Assembly (NCBI GenBank): GCA_034722955.1
Contig: JAYEOM010000011.1
Span: 1 to 24,818 of the forward strand
Direction: 5' to 3'
Length of the DNA: 24,818 nt
Source: Campylobacterota bacterium
GTDB taxonomy: Bacteria > Campylobacterota > Campylobacteria > Campylobacterales > Sulfurovaceae
Both the position numbers and the translations under genes were made by a program. Positions 17,060 through 24,818 of the stretch are shown one piece after another. Below the pieces are notes generated by a model. The model was not told the origin of the DNA. It made no database searches and saw only the letters and a program-made list of their open reading frames with translations. The stretch's first letter is position 1. Every line of letters starts with the position of its first letter.

Positions 17060-18204
17060 CGACTATTTTGCAGAGCAGTCGAACAGACATATGCAGAGCT
17101 AAATGCCCACTGAAAATTGTAGCCACCCAGTCTACCTGTCACATCAAGTACTTCCCCCAAAAAGTAGAGCCCTTCAGTCTTTTTGCTCATCATGGTTTTG
17201 GAGTCTATATGATCAGTATCTACACCTCCCTTTGTCACTTCAGCCTTCCCATATCCAAAAGTACCTGCCGGAGCGAAACGATACTCTTTGAGTATCAGTA
17301 GTTTATCTACATCTGAAAACTTCAACTGATTTATCGGCATATCAGGGATATTCAACTCTCTCAAAAGCACTCTGCTGAGACGCTTTGGTATTGGCAGCAG
17401 CGTGCTTACCAGTTTTTTAGATCTTGAGTGGTCATAGGGATTCCATCCCGGTAGAAAATCGATCTCTATTTGACCCTTCTCCCAGTAGAGTGACGCATCC
17501 AAGACAGCTGGCCCACTGATACCCTTGTGTGCGAACAGCAGTGAACCCAAACAGCTTTGACCTGCTACTTTGATCTCTACATCTGTAGAGACACCAGATA
17601 GTGATTTGAAGAAAAATTGCTCTTTTTGCAGAGTAAACCCTACAAGTGCAGGTGCTGTACGCTTGATAGTATGTCCAAATGATTTTGCTACTCTATAGCC
17701 TATATCATCTGCACCCAAGAGGGAGAAACTCAGTCCTCCGGATGCGATGACAACACGCTTGGCATGATAACTTCTTTTTTCTGCGTGGATATAGAAGTAC
17801 TCTCCCCTTCTACTTACCTCTTCTATCTTCTGATCAGTCACTATGGTGTTATCTCGGTTCTCTTTTTTGAAAATATCTAAGATCTCACTAGCACTGTGGG
17901 GACAAAAATATTGCTGATTTTTATGCAATACAGGCTCAAGTCCTCGATCATTTAGCCACTTGAGTAGACTATACTGATCAAACTGCTTCAAAACCTCACT
18001 GATAAAGTAGTGATTGCCCAGATAGTTTACAGGCTCTAGCCATCTGTTTGTGATATTGCATCTTCCGCCACCAGAGACCAGTATCTTGGCACCTACTCTG
18101 CTATTGCCATCAAAGATCACTACCTCTCTCCCCTTTAGTAGAGAACCCAGCATCAACCCACTCGCACCTGCACCAATTATTGCTATATCAATTACATCAT
18201 TCAT
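17056..18204 (-). CDS. HI0933/YhiN (BaiN-like) NAD(P)/FAD-dependent oxidoreductase
   Basis: GAGASG, KILVSGGGRCNITN, VTKGGV and GEVLDVTGRLGGYNFQWAFSS. Confidence 0.93.
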   Translation of the reverse strand: MNDVIDIAIIGAGASGLMLGSLLKGREVVIFDGNSRVGAKILVSGGGRCNITNRWLEPVNYLGNHYFISEVLKQFDQYSLLKWLNDRGLEPVLHKNQQYFCPHSASEILDIFKKENRDNTIVTDQKIEEVSRRGEYFYIHAEKRSYHAKRVVIASGGLSFSLLGADDIGYRVAKSFGHTIKRTAPALVGFTLQKEQFFFKSLSGVSTDVEIKVAGQSCLGSLLFAHKGISGPAVLDASLYWEKGQIEIDFLPGWNPYDHSRSKKLVSTLLPIPKRLSRVLLRELNIPDMPINQLKFSDVDKLLILKEYRFAPAGTFGYGKAEVTKGGVDTDHIDSKTMMSKKTEGLYFLGEVLDVTGRLGGYNFQWAFSSAYVCSTALQNSR

Positions 18205-18373
18205 GGTTATTATTATAGCTTAGAAGACAAAAAACAACCCCAATAAAACAAACCATATAGACAATTGTGAATTTTTGTGAAACAAAGCAGCAAAAAGTAT
18301 ACGATTTAGTATATTTTTGGATGATGTGACCCTTTTTATAGTATAATATCAAAAAATATGGAAAGGGTATACA

Positions 18374-19078
18374 GTGTTGAAAATACTCTATTTATCTATC
18401 GCTCTACCCTTGGCAACTCTAGCAAATATATTTATTGTGACAGATAAACAGGGCAATATCCTCCACAAGAGGGCTATCACTCACATCGAAAATCGCTATC
18501 TCAACCAAAGTGCAACAGAGTACTCCTACCAAGCTATCTTTGATGAGCTACATAGAGAGGAGCACTTTGCCCTTCGTGCACAAGCTGCTAGAGAGAGAGT
18601 AGCTCGCATCAGTAGAGAAAAAGCGATCGCCAAAGAGCGTGGTGAAACCTACAATCTCAGCAAAATAGACAAAGCTCAACTGCTCAGAGATGCCAACTTC
18701 TTTAAAGGCGGAAAATATATATGGGGAGGCACCACACCCAAAGGCTTCGACTGCTCAGGATATGTACAGTACCTTTTCAAAAAACACAAAGTCAATCTAC
18801 CCCGTACTGCATGGTCTCAGTCAAAACTAGGTCAAAAGATCACACTCCCACAACTCAAAACAGGAGATCTGCTCTTTTTCAATACTGATAAATCACGAGG
18901 TATCCCCGTCTCTCATGTAGGCATATATATGGGAGATGACAAGTTCATCCATGCAGCTTCACGAAAAAAAGGGATCATCATCTCACCTCTGTCGGGATAT
19001 TATCAAGATCGCTTTGTCGTAGCAAAACGGATCATAAAGCCTCACATCAGAGCAGCAAAAATCGCATCATCCCACTAA
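18374..19078 (+). CDS. NlpC/P60 (C40) cell-wall peptidase
   Basis: YIWGG...GFDCSG, LPRTA, GDLLFF, HVGIY and FIHA motifs; signal-like N-terminus; TATAAT at 18342-18347. Confidence 0.92.
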   Translation: MLKILYLSIALPLATLANIFIVTDKQGNILHKRAITHIENRYLNQSATEYSYQAIFDELHREEHFALRAQAARERVARISREKAIAKERGETYNLSKIDKAQLLRDANFFKGGKYIWGGTTPKGFDCSGYVQYLFKKHKVNLPRTAWSQSKLGQKITLPQLKTGDLLFFNTDKSRGIPVSHVGIYMGDDKFIHAASRKKGIIISPLSGYYQDRFVVAKRIIKPHIRAAKIASSH

Positions 19079-19088
19079 AAGTATCAGC

Positions 19089-19880
19089 ATGAAACAGACC
19101 CCCGTAGAGCATCTAGATACTCCACAACTACAGATCTACCGTACACTTCGTGACAATCAAACTACTCAAGACAACAGCTTCATCGCGGATAGTCCCAAAG
19201 TTGTCAATATGTTACTGCATAGAGGGATAGAAGCTAGAAGTCTGCTCGCGACAGAGAGTTACTACAGAGCCAATGAAGCACTACTCAAGAGCAGAGAGGT
19301 TCTGACATGTTATGTTGCACCCAAAGCAGTAATAGAGACGATAATCGGTCACAAAATCCACCACAATGTCATGATGCATGGAGTTCGGCCTCCACAACAG
19401 AGTATAGATGAGCTAGGAGACCGTATCATTATGCTCGATGAACTATCCAAAACGGACAATGTAGGTGCCATAGCCAGAAGTGCCGCCGCCTTAGGTATAG
19501 ACTCACTCATCGCACCCTCTCGCGGTCCACATCCATATGGACGACGCGCTCTGCGTGTATCTATGGGCTATATCAGCCAGCTCAAACTCCATATCTATGA
19601 TGATATCCATCAGACAATGTGTGAACTCAAAAAACTTGGATATAGTATATTTGCTGCTGAAGTCACCCCCGATGCAATACCTCTATCCAAGGCAGTAGTC
19701 CCTGACAAATGGGTACTGCTGATGGGACATGAGCAGCGGGGCATCTCAGCAGAGATCCTCAAACTTTGTGATGAGATAGTCCAGATAGAGATGGAGCCGG
19801 AGATCAAAAGTTTCAATGTCGCCATAGCAGCCTCTATACTCATGTACCAATTTAAAATGAAAACTACAGGGAATTTCTAA
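19089..19880 (+). CDS. TrmH/SpoU family RNA methyltransferase
   Basis: [20 protein letters not shown] and SFNVAIA SPOUT motifs. Confidence 0.9.
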   Translation: MKQTPVEHLDTPQLQIYRTLRDNQTTQDNSFIADSPKVVNMLLHRGIEARSLLATESYYRANEALLKSREVLTCYVAPKAVIETIIGHKIHHNVMMHGVRPPQQSIDELGDRIIMLDELSKTDNVGAIARSAAALGIDSLIAPSRGPHPYGRRALRVSMGYISQLKLHIYDDIHQTMCELKKLGYSIFAAEVTPDAIPLSKAVVPDKWVLLMGHEQRGISAEILKLCDEIVQIEMEPEIKSFNVAIAASILMYQFKMKTTGNF

Positions 19881-20431
19881 AGCCTCTGCAATTTTCGTAA
19901 ACCCTCTTTGACTAATGTGGCTGTATCACCGCTAGAACCGCTGAGTGCTTTTTGGATATGCTCTTTTTTAAATCCCAGACTCTCTAGTGCCAATACCGCT
20001 TCACCTATAGATGAGCTCTCTTCACTCTCTTGTGCATCGACAATAAAATCTGCCAACTCTACGAGTATACGACTAGCACTCTTGGGACCTATGCCGGGTA
20101 CGCGTTTGAGCATTGTGACATCTTTACTCGATATCACAGTAGCGAAAGTAGCCGGAGAAAAAGTAGAGCAGATAGCCAAGCCTACCTTGGGACCTACACC
20201 ATTGATCTTGATAAGTGTATCAAACATCTTTTTTTCATTGAGCTGTGCAAAGCCAAAAAGAAGCTGTGCATCTTCACGGATGATATGTGTCGTATAGAGT
20301 TTGGCTCTCTTCTCTACGATAGCATTGGAGGTATTGATCGAGACAAAGACTTCATAGATCAATCCATTGATATTGAGATGGATAAAGGTCGGATCTTTTC
20401 TCTCTACACTACCCTCTACTCCTACGATCAT
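19877..20431 (-). CDS. ruvA: Holliday junction branch migration protein RuvA
   Basis: [13 protein letters not shown], HhH motifs INGVGPK and VPGIGPKSA, and ALESLGF. Confidence 0.96.
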   Translation of the reverse strand: MIVGVEGSVERKDPTFIHLNINGLIYEVFVSINTSNAIVEKRAKLYTTHIIREDAQLLFGFAQLNEKKMFDTLIKINGVGPKVGLAICSTFSPATFATVISSKDVTMLKRVPGIGPKSASRILVELADFIVDAQESEESSSIGEAVLALESLGFKKEHIQKALSGSSGDTATLVKEGLRKLQRL

Positions 20432-20532
20432 CTCTTATCCTTTTTTAACCCGAATTATGCAATAGAATTGCTAAGATAGCGATTATGGTATTTTAGATAC
20501 AATAAAACAATTTACCCAAAAGGCTCCAGACA

Positions 20533-22632
20533 ATGCATCCAAAAAGTATCTACATAGCATCAGCAGATCCTCAAGCAGGCAGTTTGATCATCGCCATAGG
20601 CATCATGGAGATGCTCAAGAGTGCATTTAATCGTGTTGCTTTTTTTCGTCCTATTATTCCCGGAGAGAGAGGGCGAGAGAGTGATATTGACTTCATGTTA
20701 AACCACTTTGATTTAGATATGACATATGACGAGTGCTGTGGATTTGAGGTCAACGAATATCTCTCTGCCTATGCAGATGATAGTGATGAGAAGCTATGTG
20801 AAATTTTGATCAACAAAATCACAAGACTTCAAGAGTCTCATGATTTTGTCTTGATCGAAGGTTTTCATCGTAGTGTCTTCAGCTCTTCACTCGATTTTGA
20901 TATCAATCTCAAAATCGCCAAAAATATCGGTACAACATTTGTACCTATCCTAAATGCCAAAGAGAAGAGTGTCGATGAGATCATCAATGAAGCACAGATC
21001 ATAGAGGAGATCATAGAGGAGGAGGGGTGCTTACATCTCACAACATTTATCAACCGTTGTGATCCTCAGATAATAGATGAGATCAAAGAGCATCTCCAAA
21101 TCAAAAAAGAGAATGCATATCTCCTCCCAGAGGTCAAGGTACTCGATATGCCTACTATCGGCCAAGTATTGGACTCCTTGGGTGCTGAGATGATCATGGG
21201 GACAGATCAGCAGCTTGAGCATCTAGTGATGAGGAAAAAGATCGCCGCCATGGAGGTAGAGAACTATCTTTCACATATTTCAGATGGCAATCTAGTGATA
21301 GTTCCCGGTGACCGTATCGATATCATTCTCGCTTCACTGGTCTCTTATCATGCAAAGAAACACCCCAATATTGCCGGTATTATTCTGAGTGGAGGATTTA
21401 GACCCAGCCAAGCTATCATGGATCTGCTAAAGGACTTTGGTGAGATAGTAGTACCGATACTTGCTGTCAAGTGTGATAGCTATGAGACAGCCATAGCACT
21501 AGACAAAGTCCAAGCAAAGATCACTCCGCAGAGCAGCAGAAAGATAACACTTGCAAAGGGTATCTTCGATACCAATGTAGACAAGCAGGCAATCTCAAAA
21601 CGATTCCAAGAGAGCTCTAGTGATATATTGACACCGATTATGTTCGAGTATAGACTCTTTGAGAGAGCTCGCTCCAATAGACAAAAGATAATCCTCCCTG
21701 AGAGTTCAGATGATCGCATACTAAGAGCTACAGAGATTTTACTACTTAGAGATATAGTTGATATTATTCTCTTGGGTGATCCTAAAGTGATATATCATCA
21801 AAGTGCCCTATTGGGGATAGATATCAGTGGTGCCAAGATCATAGATCACAGAGAGAGTTCACTTTGTGAAGATTTTGCTGAAAAGTTTTATCAACTACGC
21901 AAACATAAAGGTATGACTGCAAAAGCGGCTAGAGATGAGATGACACACCCCAACTACTTCGCAACCATGATGATCTATGAGGGGTTGGCTGACGGTATGG
22001 TCTCTGGTGCTACACATACTACTGCTGATACAGTACGCCCTGCTCTTCAGATCATAAAAACAAAACCTGGTATCTCTATAGTGTCTAGTCTATTTTTTAT
22101 GTGTTTGGACACCAAAGTACTCATCTACGGTGATTGTGCAGTCAATCAAGATCCAAATGCAGAGGAGTTGGCAGAGATCGCTATCTCCTCAGCAGATACT
22201 GCAGCACAATTTGGTATCGAACCTCGTGTCGCTCTACTCTCCTACTCTACAGGTGATTCAGGCAGTGGTCCAGATGTCGAAAAGGTGAGAAAAGCGACTA
22301 GAATAGCCCAGTTCAAACGCCCCGATCTACTCATAGAGGGACCGATACAGTATGATGCAGCGATAGATAAAAAGGTTGCACAAAAGAAACTCCCCGGAAG
22401 CAGAGTCGCGGGTCGTGCTACGGTCTTTATATTTCCTGATCTCAATACAGGAAACAACACTTACAAAGCGGTCCAGCGTTCTACAGATGCACTTGCTATC
22501 GGACCTGTACTTCAAGGACTCCGTCTACCTGTCAATGATCTAAGTCGTGGTTGTCTAGTGGATGATATCGTCAACACAGTAGCTATCACAGCCATACAAG
22601 CACAACAAAACGATCAGAGAGGCGGGAGATAG
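20533..22632 (+). CDS. pta: Phosphate acetyltransferase (long form with DRTGG domain)
   Basis: VPGDR DRTGG region, then ILPES, DGMVSGA.HTT, DCAVN, EGPIQYDAA, FPDLNTGN.YK and NDLSRG. Confidence 0.96.
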   Translation: MHPKSIYIASADPQAGSLIIAIGIMEMLKSAFNRVAFFRPIIPGERGRESDIDFMLNHFDLDMTYDECCGFEVNEYLSAYADDSDEKLCEILINKITRLQESHDFVLIEGFHRSVFSSSLDFDINLKIAKNIGTTFVPILNAKEKSVDEIINEAQIIEEIIEEEGCLHLTTFINRCDPQIIDEIKEHLQIKKENAYLLPEVKVLDMPTIGQVLDSLGAEMIMGTDQQLEHLVMRKKIAAMEVENYLSHISDGNLVIVPGDRIDIILASLVSYHAKKHPNIAGIILSGGFRPSQAIMDLLKDFGEIVVPILAVKCDSYETAIALDKVQAKITPQSSRKITLAKGIFDTNVDKQAISKRFQESSSDILTPIMFEYRLFERARSNRQKIILPESSDDRILRATEILLLRDIVDIILLGDPKVIYHQSALLGIDISGAKIIDHRESSLCEDFAEKFYQLRKHKGMTAKAARDEMTHPNYFATMMIYEGLADGMVSGATHTTADTVRPALQIIKTKPGISIVSSLFFMCLDTKVLIYGDCAVNQDPNAEELAEIAISSADTAAQFGIEPRVALLSYSTGDSGSGPDVEKVRKATRIAQFKRPDLLIEGPIQYDAAIDKKVAQKKLPGSRVAGRATVFIFPDLNTGNNTYKAVQRSTDALAIGPVLQGLRLPVNDLSRGCLVDDIVNTVAITAIQAQQNDQRGGR

Positions 22633-23822
22633 TGAAAATTCTCATACTCAACTCTGGCAGTTCATCTATAAAGTGCCAATATTTCATAGATCAGATCAGT
22701 GTCGCATCCATCACTATAGAGAGTATCGGTGATGCTGAAAGTTTCAGCGAAGTCAAATATGCTGACCAGACTTTAACGCAGAGCCAAACTATAGCTGACC
22801 ATCATCAAGCCTTGAGACTACTCTTTGAGCTACTGCAAGAGTACATGATACTATCCTCTATCTATGAGTTGGATGCTGTAGGGCATCGTGTAGTACATGG
22901 TGGTGCCAAGTTTGACCAACCTACACTCATCACACAGGAGGTGATAGATACTATAGGCTCACTCATTCCGCTCGCTCCTCTACACAACCCTGCCAATCTT
23001 GATGGTATCAAAGCGATGCAGATGATGCGTCCTGATCTGCCTCAAGCAGCAGTCTTCGATACAGCATTTCATCAGACAATGGCTAAAACCGCCTACCTCT
23101 ATCCTGTCCCGTATGAACTATACACGGAGTACAATATCAGACGCTATGGATTTCATGGCTCATCACACTCTTTTGTTGCCAAACGAGCAGCCGAGATGAT
23201 GAAGAGAGATCTTGGGTCACTCAACCTCATCACACTGCATATCGGCAATGGTGCCAGTGCTACAGCTATAGAGTCAGGAGAGAGTATAGATACCTCTATG
23301 GGGATGACTCCTCTGGAGGGGTTGATGATGGGTACTCGCAGTGGTGATATAGATCCTGCCATCATCCCATTCCTCTCTGAGAATCTCCAAGTAGATATCG
23401 ATCATATCGATAAACTGCTCAACAAAGAGAGTGGTCTCAAAGGTATATGCGGCACAAACGACATGCGTCAAATCATAGAACAGGTCAACTCAAATGATGA
23501 GATGAGCAGACTCGCTCTGGAGATGTACACATACCGTATCAAGAAATATATCGGAGCCTACACTGTTATATTGGGTCGCGTGGATGCTATCATCTTCACA
23601 GGAGGCATCGGAGAGCATGCAACAAAAGTCAGAGAGATGGTATGCGATGGACTAGAGATATCGATAGGTGTCAAGATCGATAAGCAGAGAAATGCTCGTT
23701 ATGAGAAAGATGACAAAGAGATTCATCATAGTGATAGCAAGATCAAACTCTTTGTTATCAAAACCGATGAAGAGTTGGAGATAGCCCTTCAGACAGAGAA
23801 GCTTATAGAGAAGAGCTTATAG
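22632..23822 (+). CDS. ackA: Acetate kinase
   Basis: LNSGSSSIK, GHRVVHGG, APLHNP, FDTAFH, RRYGFHG, MGTRSGD and FTGGIGE. Confidence 0.97.
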   Translation: MKILILNSGSSSIKCQYFIDQISVASITIESIGDAESFSEVKYADQTLTQSQTIADHHQALRLLFELLQEYMILSSIYELDAVGHRVVHGGAKFDQPTLITQEVIDTIGSLIPLAPLHNPANLDGIKAMQMMRPDLPQAAVFDTAFHQTMAKTAYLYPVPYELYTEYNIRRYGFHGSSHSFVAKRAAEMMKRDLGSLNLITLHIGNGASATAIESGESIDTSMGMTPLEGLMMGTRSGDIDPAIIPFLSENLQVDIDHIDKLLNKESGLKGICGTNDMRQIIEQVNSNDEMSRLALEMYTYRIKKYIGAYTVILGRVDAIIFTGGIGEHATKVREMVCDGLEISIGVKIDKQRNARYEKDDKEIHHSDSKIKLFVIKTDEELEIALQTEKLIEKSL

Positions 23823-23841
23823 ATCACTATTTGGTGATTAT

Positions 23842-24579
23842 TTACCTTTTTTCAACTTTTTTGATGGCAGCATCATTTTCACTATCTAGGTTGATATACT
23901 CAAACAGAGGTGTATGGATAAGATGCATTCCAAAATCATATATCGGCATCACCTCAAGAGTCCCACACTCCAAAGAGAGGTCAAACATATGCCCACCAAC
24001 CTGTCGGGATCTATCCAAAAAGTGAAAATGAAAACCGGGAACATTGATAGCTCCCATATACTCTGGAAACCAGAAACCAACTATAGCTCCAAATATATCT
24101 TTGAAATCAAAGCTCGTCTGCACTTGCGAAATCGTTTCACACAGAGGTCTATGCCCTTGGGGTTGTGGATGCTCAGAGCGAACATCAATAGAGCTAAAAT
24201 CACCTTTTAGATGAAGTGCATAGATGATATTTCTGGACTTCAGTAGAGATAAGATCTGGTTTTCCAACACTGCAAGACTACTGCACCGATCTAGCGAGTA
24301 ACTATATTTATGCTCAAAATGAGTCACAAGAGCAAATGGTGTCTTCATATCTGGAGAAACCTTATGGGCTCTCCCATCTGCATCGATACGATAGAAGTAT
24401 CCATCTATTGCAATCATCTCACCATTGACAGCATCAAAAGTTCCAATACCAAAATCCCCATGATGTGCCAACTCATCAAAACTCACATCTCCCTCATATA
24501 CACCACCCAAAAGTGACCGTATGGTACCGACCTGATATAACATATTTCTATTTTTAGAAGTTGAAATTGATTTGTCCAT
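23842..24579 (-). CDS. budA: Alpha-acetolactate decarboxylase (AlsD/BudA)
   Basis: GDFGIGTF..NGEMI, TPFA and GFHFHFL...GGH Zn-binding motifs. Start placed at ATG 24579 (GGAG SD) instead of the ORF-track TTG at 24594. Confidence 0.9.
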   Translation of the reverse strand: MDKSISTSKNRNMLYQVGTIRSLLGGVYEGDVSFDELAHHGDFGIGTFDAVNGEMIAIDGYFYRIDADGRAHKVSPDMKTPFALVTHFEHKYSYSLDRCSSLAVLENQILSLLKSRNIIYALHLKGDFSSIDVRSEHPQPQGHRPLCETISQVQTSFDFKDIFGAIVGFWFPEYMGAINVPGFHFHFLDRSRQVGGHMFDLSLECGTLEVMPIYDFGMHLIHTPLFEYINLDSENDAAIKKVEKR

Positions 24580-24704
24580 AGATACTACTCCCAATTGGCT
24601 AAACTCAACATAATAAAAGTATAATGTTGCTTGATATATATTTTCATCATAATATTACCATAAAATCAGAGAACTATTTCCAAAATAACCAAGGAGACCC
24701 CCAT

Positions 24705-24818
24705 ATGAGCAGTACCCTAACCTCTATCCTATTCATCTATATTTTCATCTTTTTGGGATATTTAGGCAAAAGGATATTTAGAGATGAGATGAATGAGAGG
24801 ACACTTACACTCTTTTCT
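24705..24818 (+). CDS. Probable AEC-family (auxin efflux carrier-like) transporter, 5' part only
   Basis: AAGGAG RBS, then MSSTLTSILFIYIFIFLGYLGKRIFRDEMNERTLTLFS, open to the window end; hydrophobic N-terminus with LGY..KR. Confidence 0.6.
   Translation, partial: MSSTLTSILFIYIFIFLGYLGKRIFRDEMNERTLTLFS

Noticed and set aside
18338..18348. ATAGTATAATA in the NlpC/P60 promoter as an off-target of the pseudo-spacer
   Set aside because: Mismatches at positions 1 and 10, no TCA PAM and no extended match.

Overview
AT-rich bacterial DNA, probably Campylobacterota (Sulfurovum-like; inferred from gene content, TGnTATAAT promoters and AAGGA RBSs). The left half (1-12.7 kb, minus strand) is an unusual type I-B CRISPR-cas locus: cas6 - cas8b#1 - Septu/retron-type ABC ATPase (PtuA-like) - HNH nuclease (PtuB-like) - nonsense-interrupted SEC-C gene - 393-bp intergenic - cas8b#2 - cas7 - cas5 - cas3 - Fic - cas4. 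No array, cas1 or cas2 is in the window. The main find is in the intergenic gap: one 30-nt I-B-type CRISPR repeat (7842-7871, + strand) followed by a pseudo-spacer. Its first 15 nt match 14/15 (only position 12 differs) a site at 7730-7744 that has a 5'-TCA PAM and overlaps a candidate -10 box for the cas8b#2-cas7-cas5-cas3-fic-cas4 unit. This is a candidate crRNA-like regulatory RNA (CreR/CreA-like), and the transcript it would repress has small upstream ORFs in its leader. Both Cas8 genes are intact and divergent, and each has an internal Cas11-like start. The right half is housekeeping: pbpC, dipeptide epimerase, YkuD-family protein, HI0933 flavoprotein, NlpC/P60, TrmH, ruvA, pta-ackA, acetolactate decarboxylase and the start of an AEC transporter.
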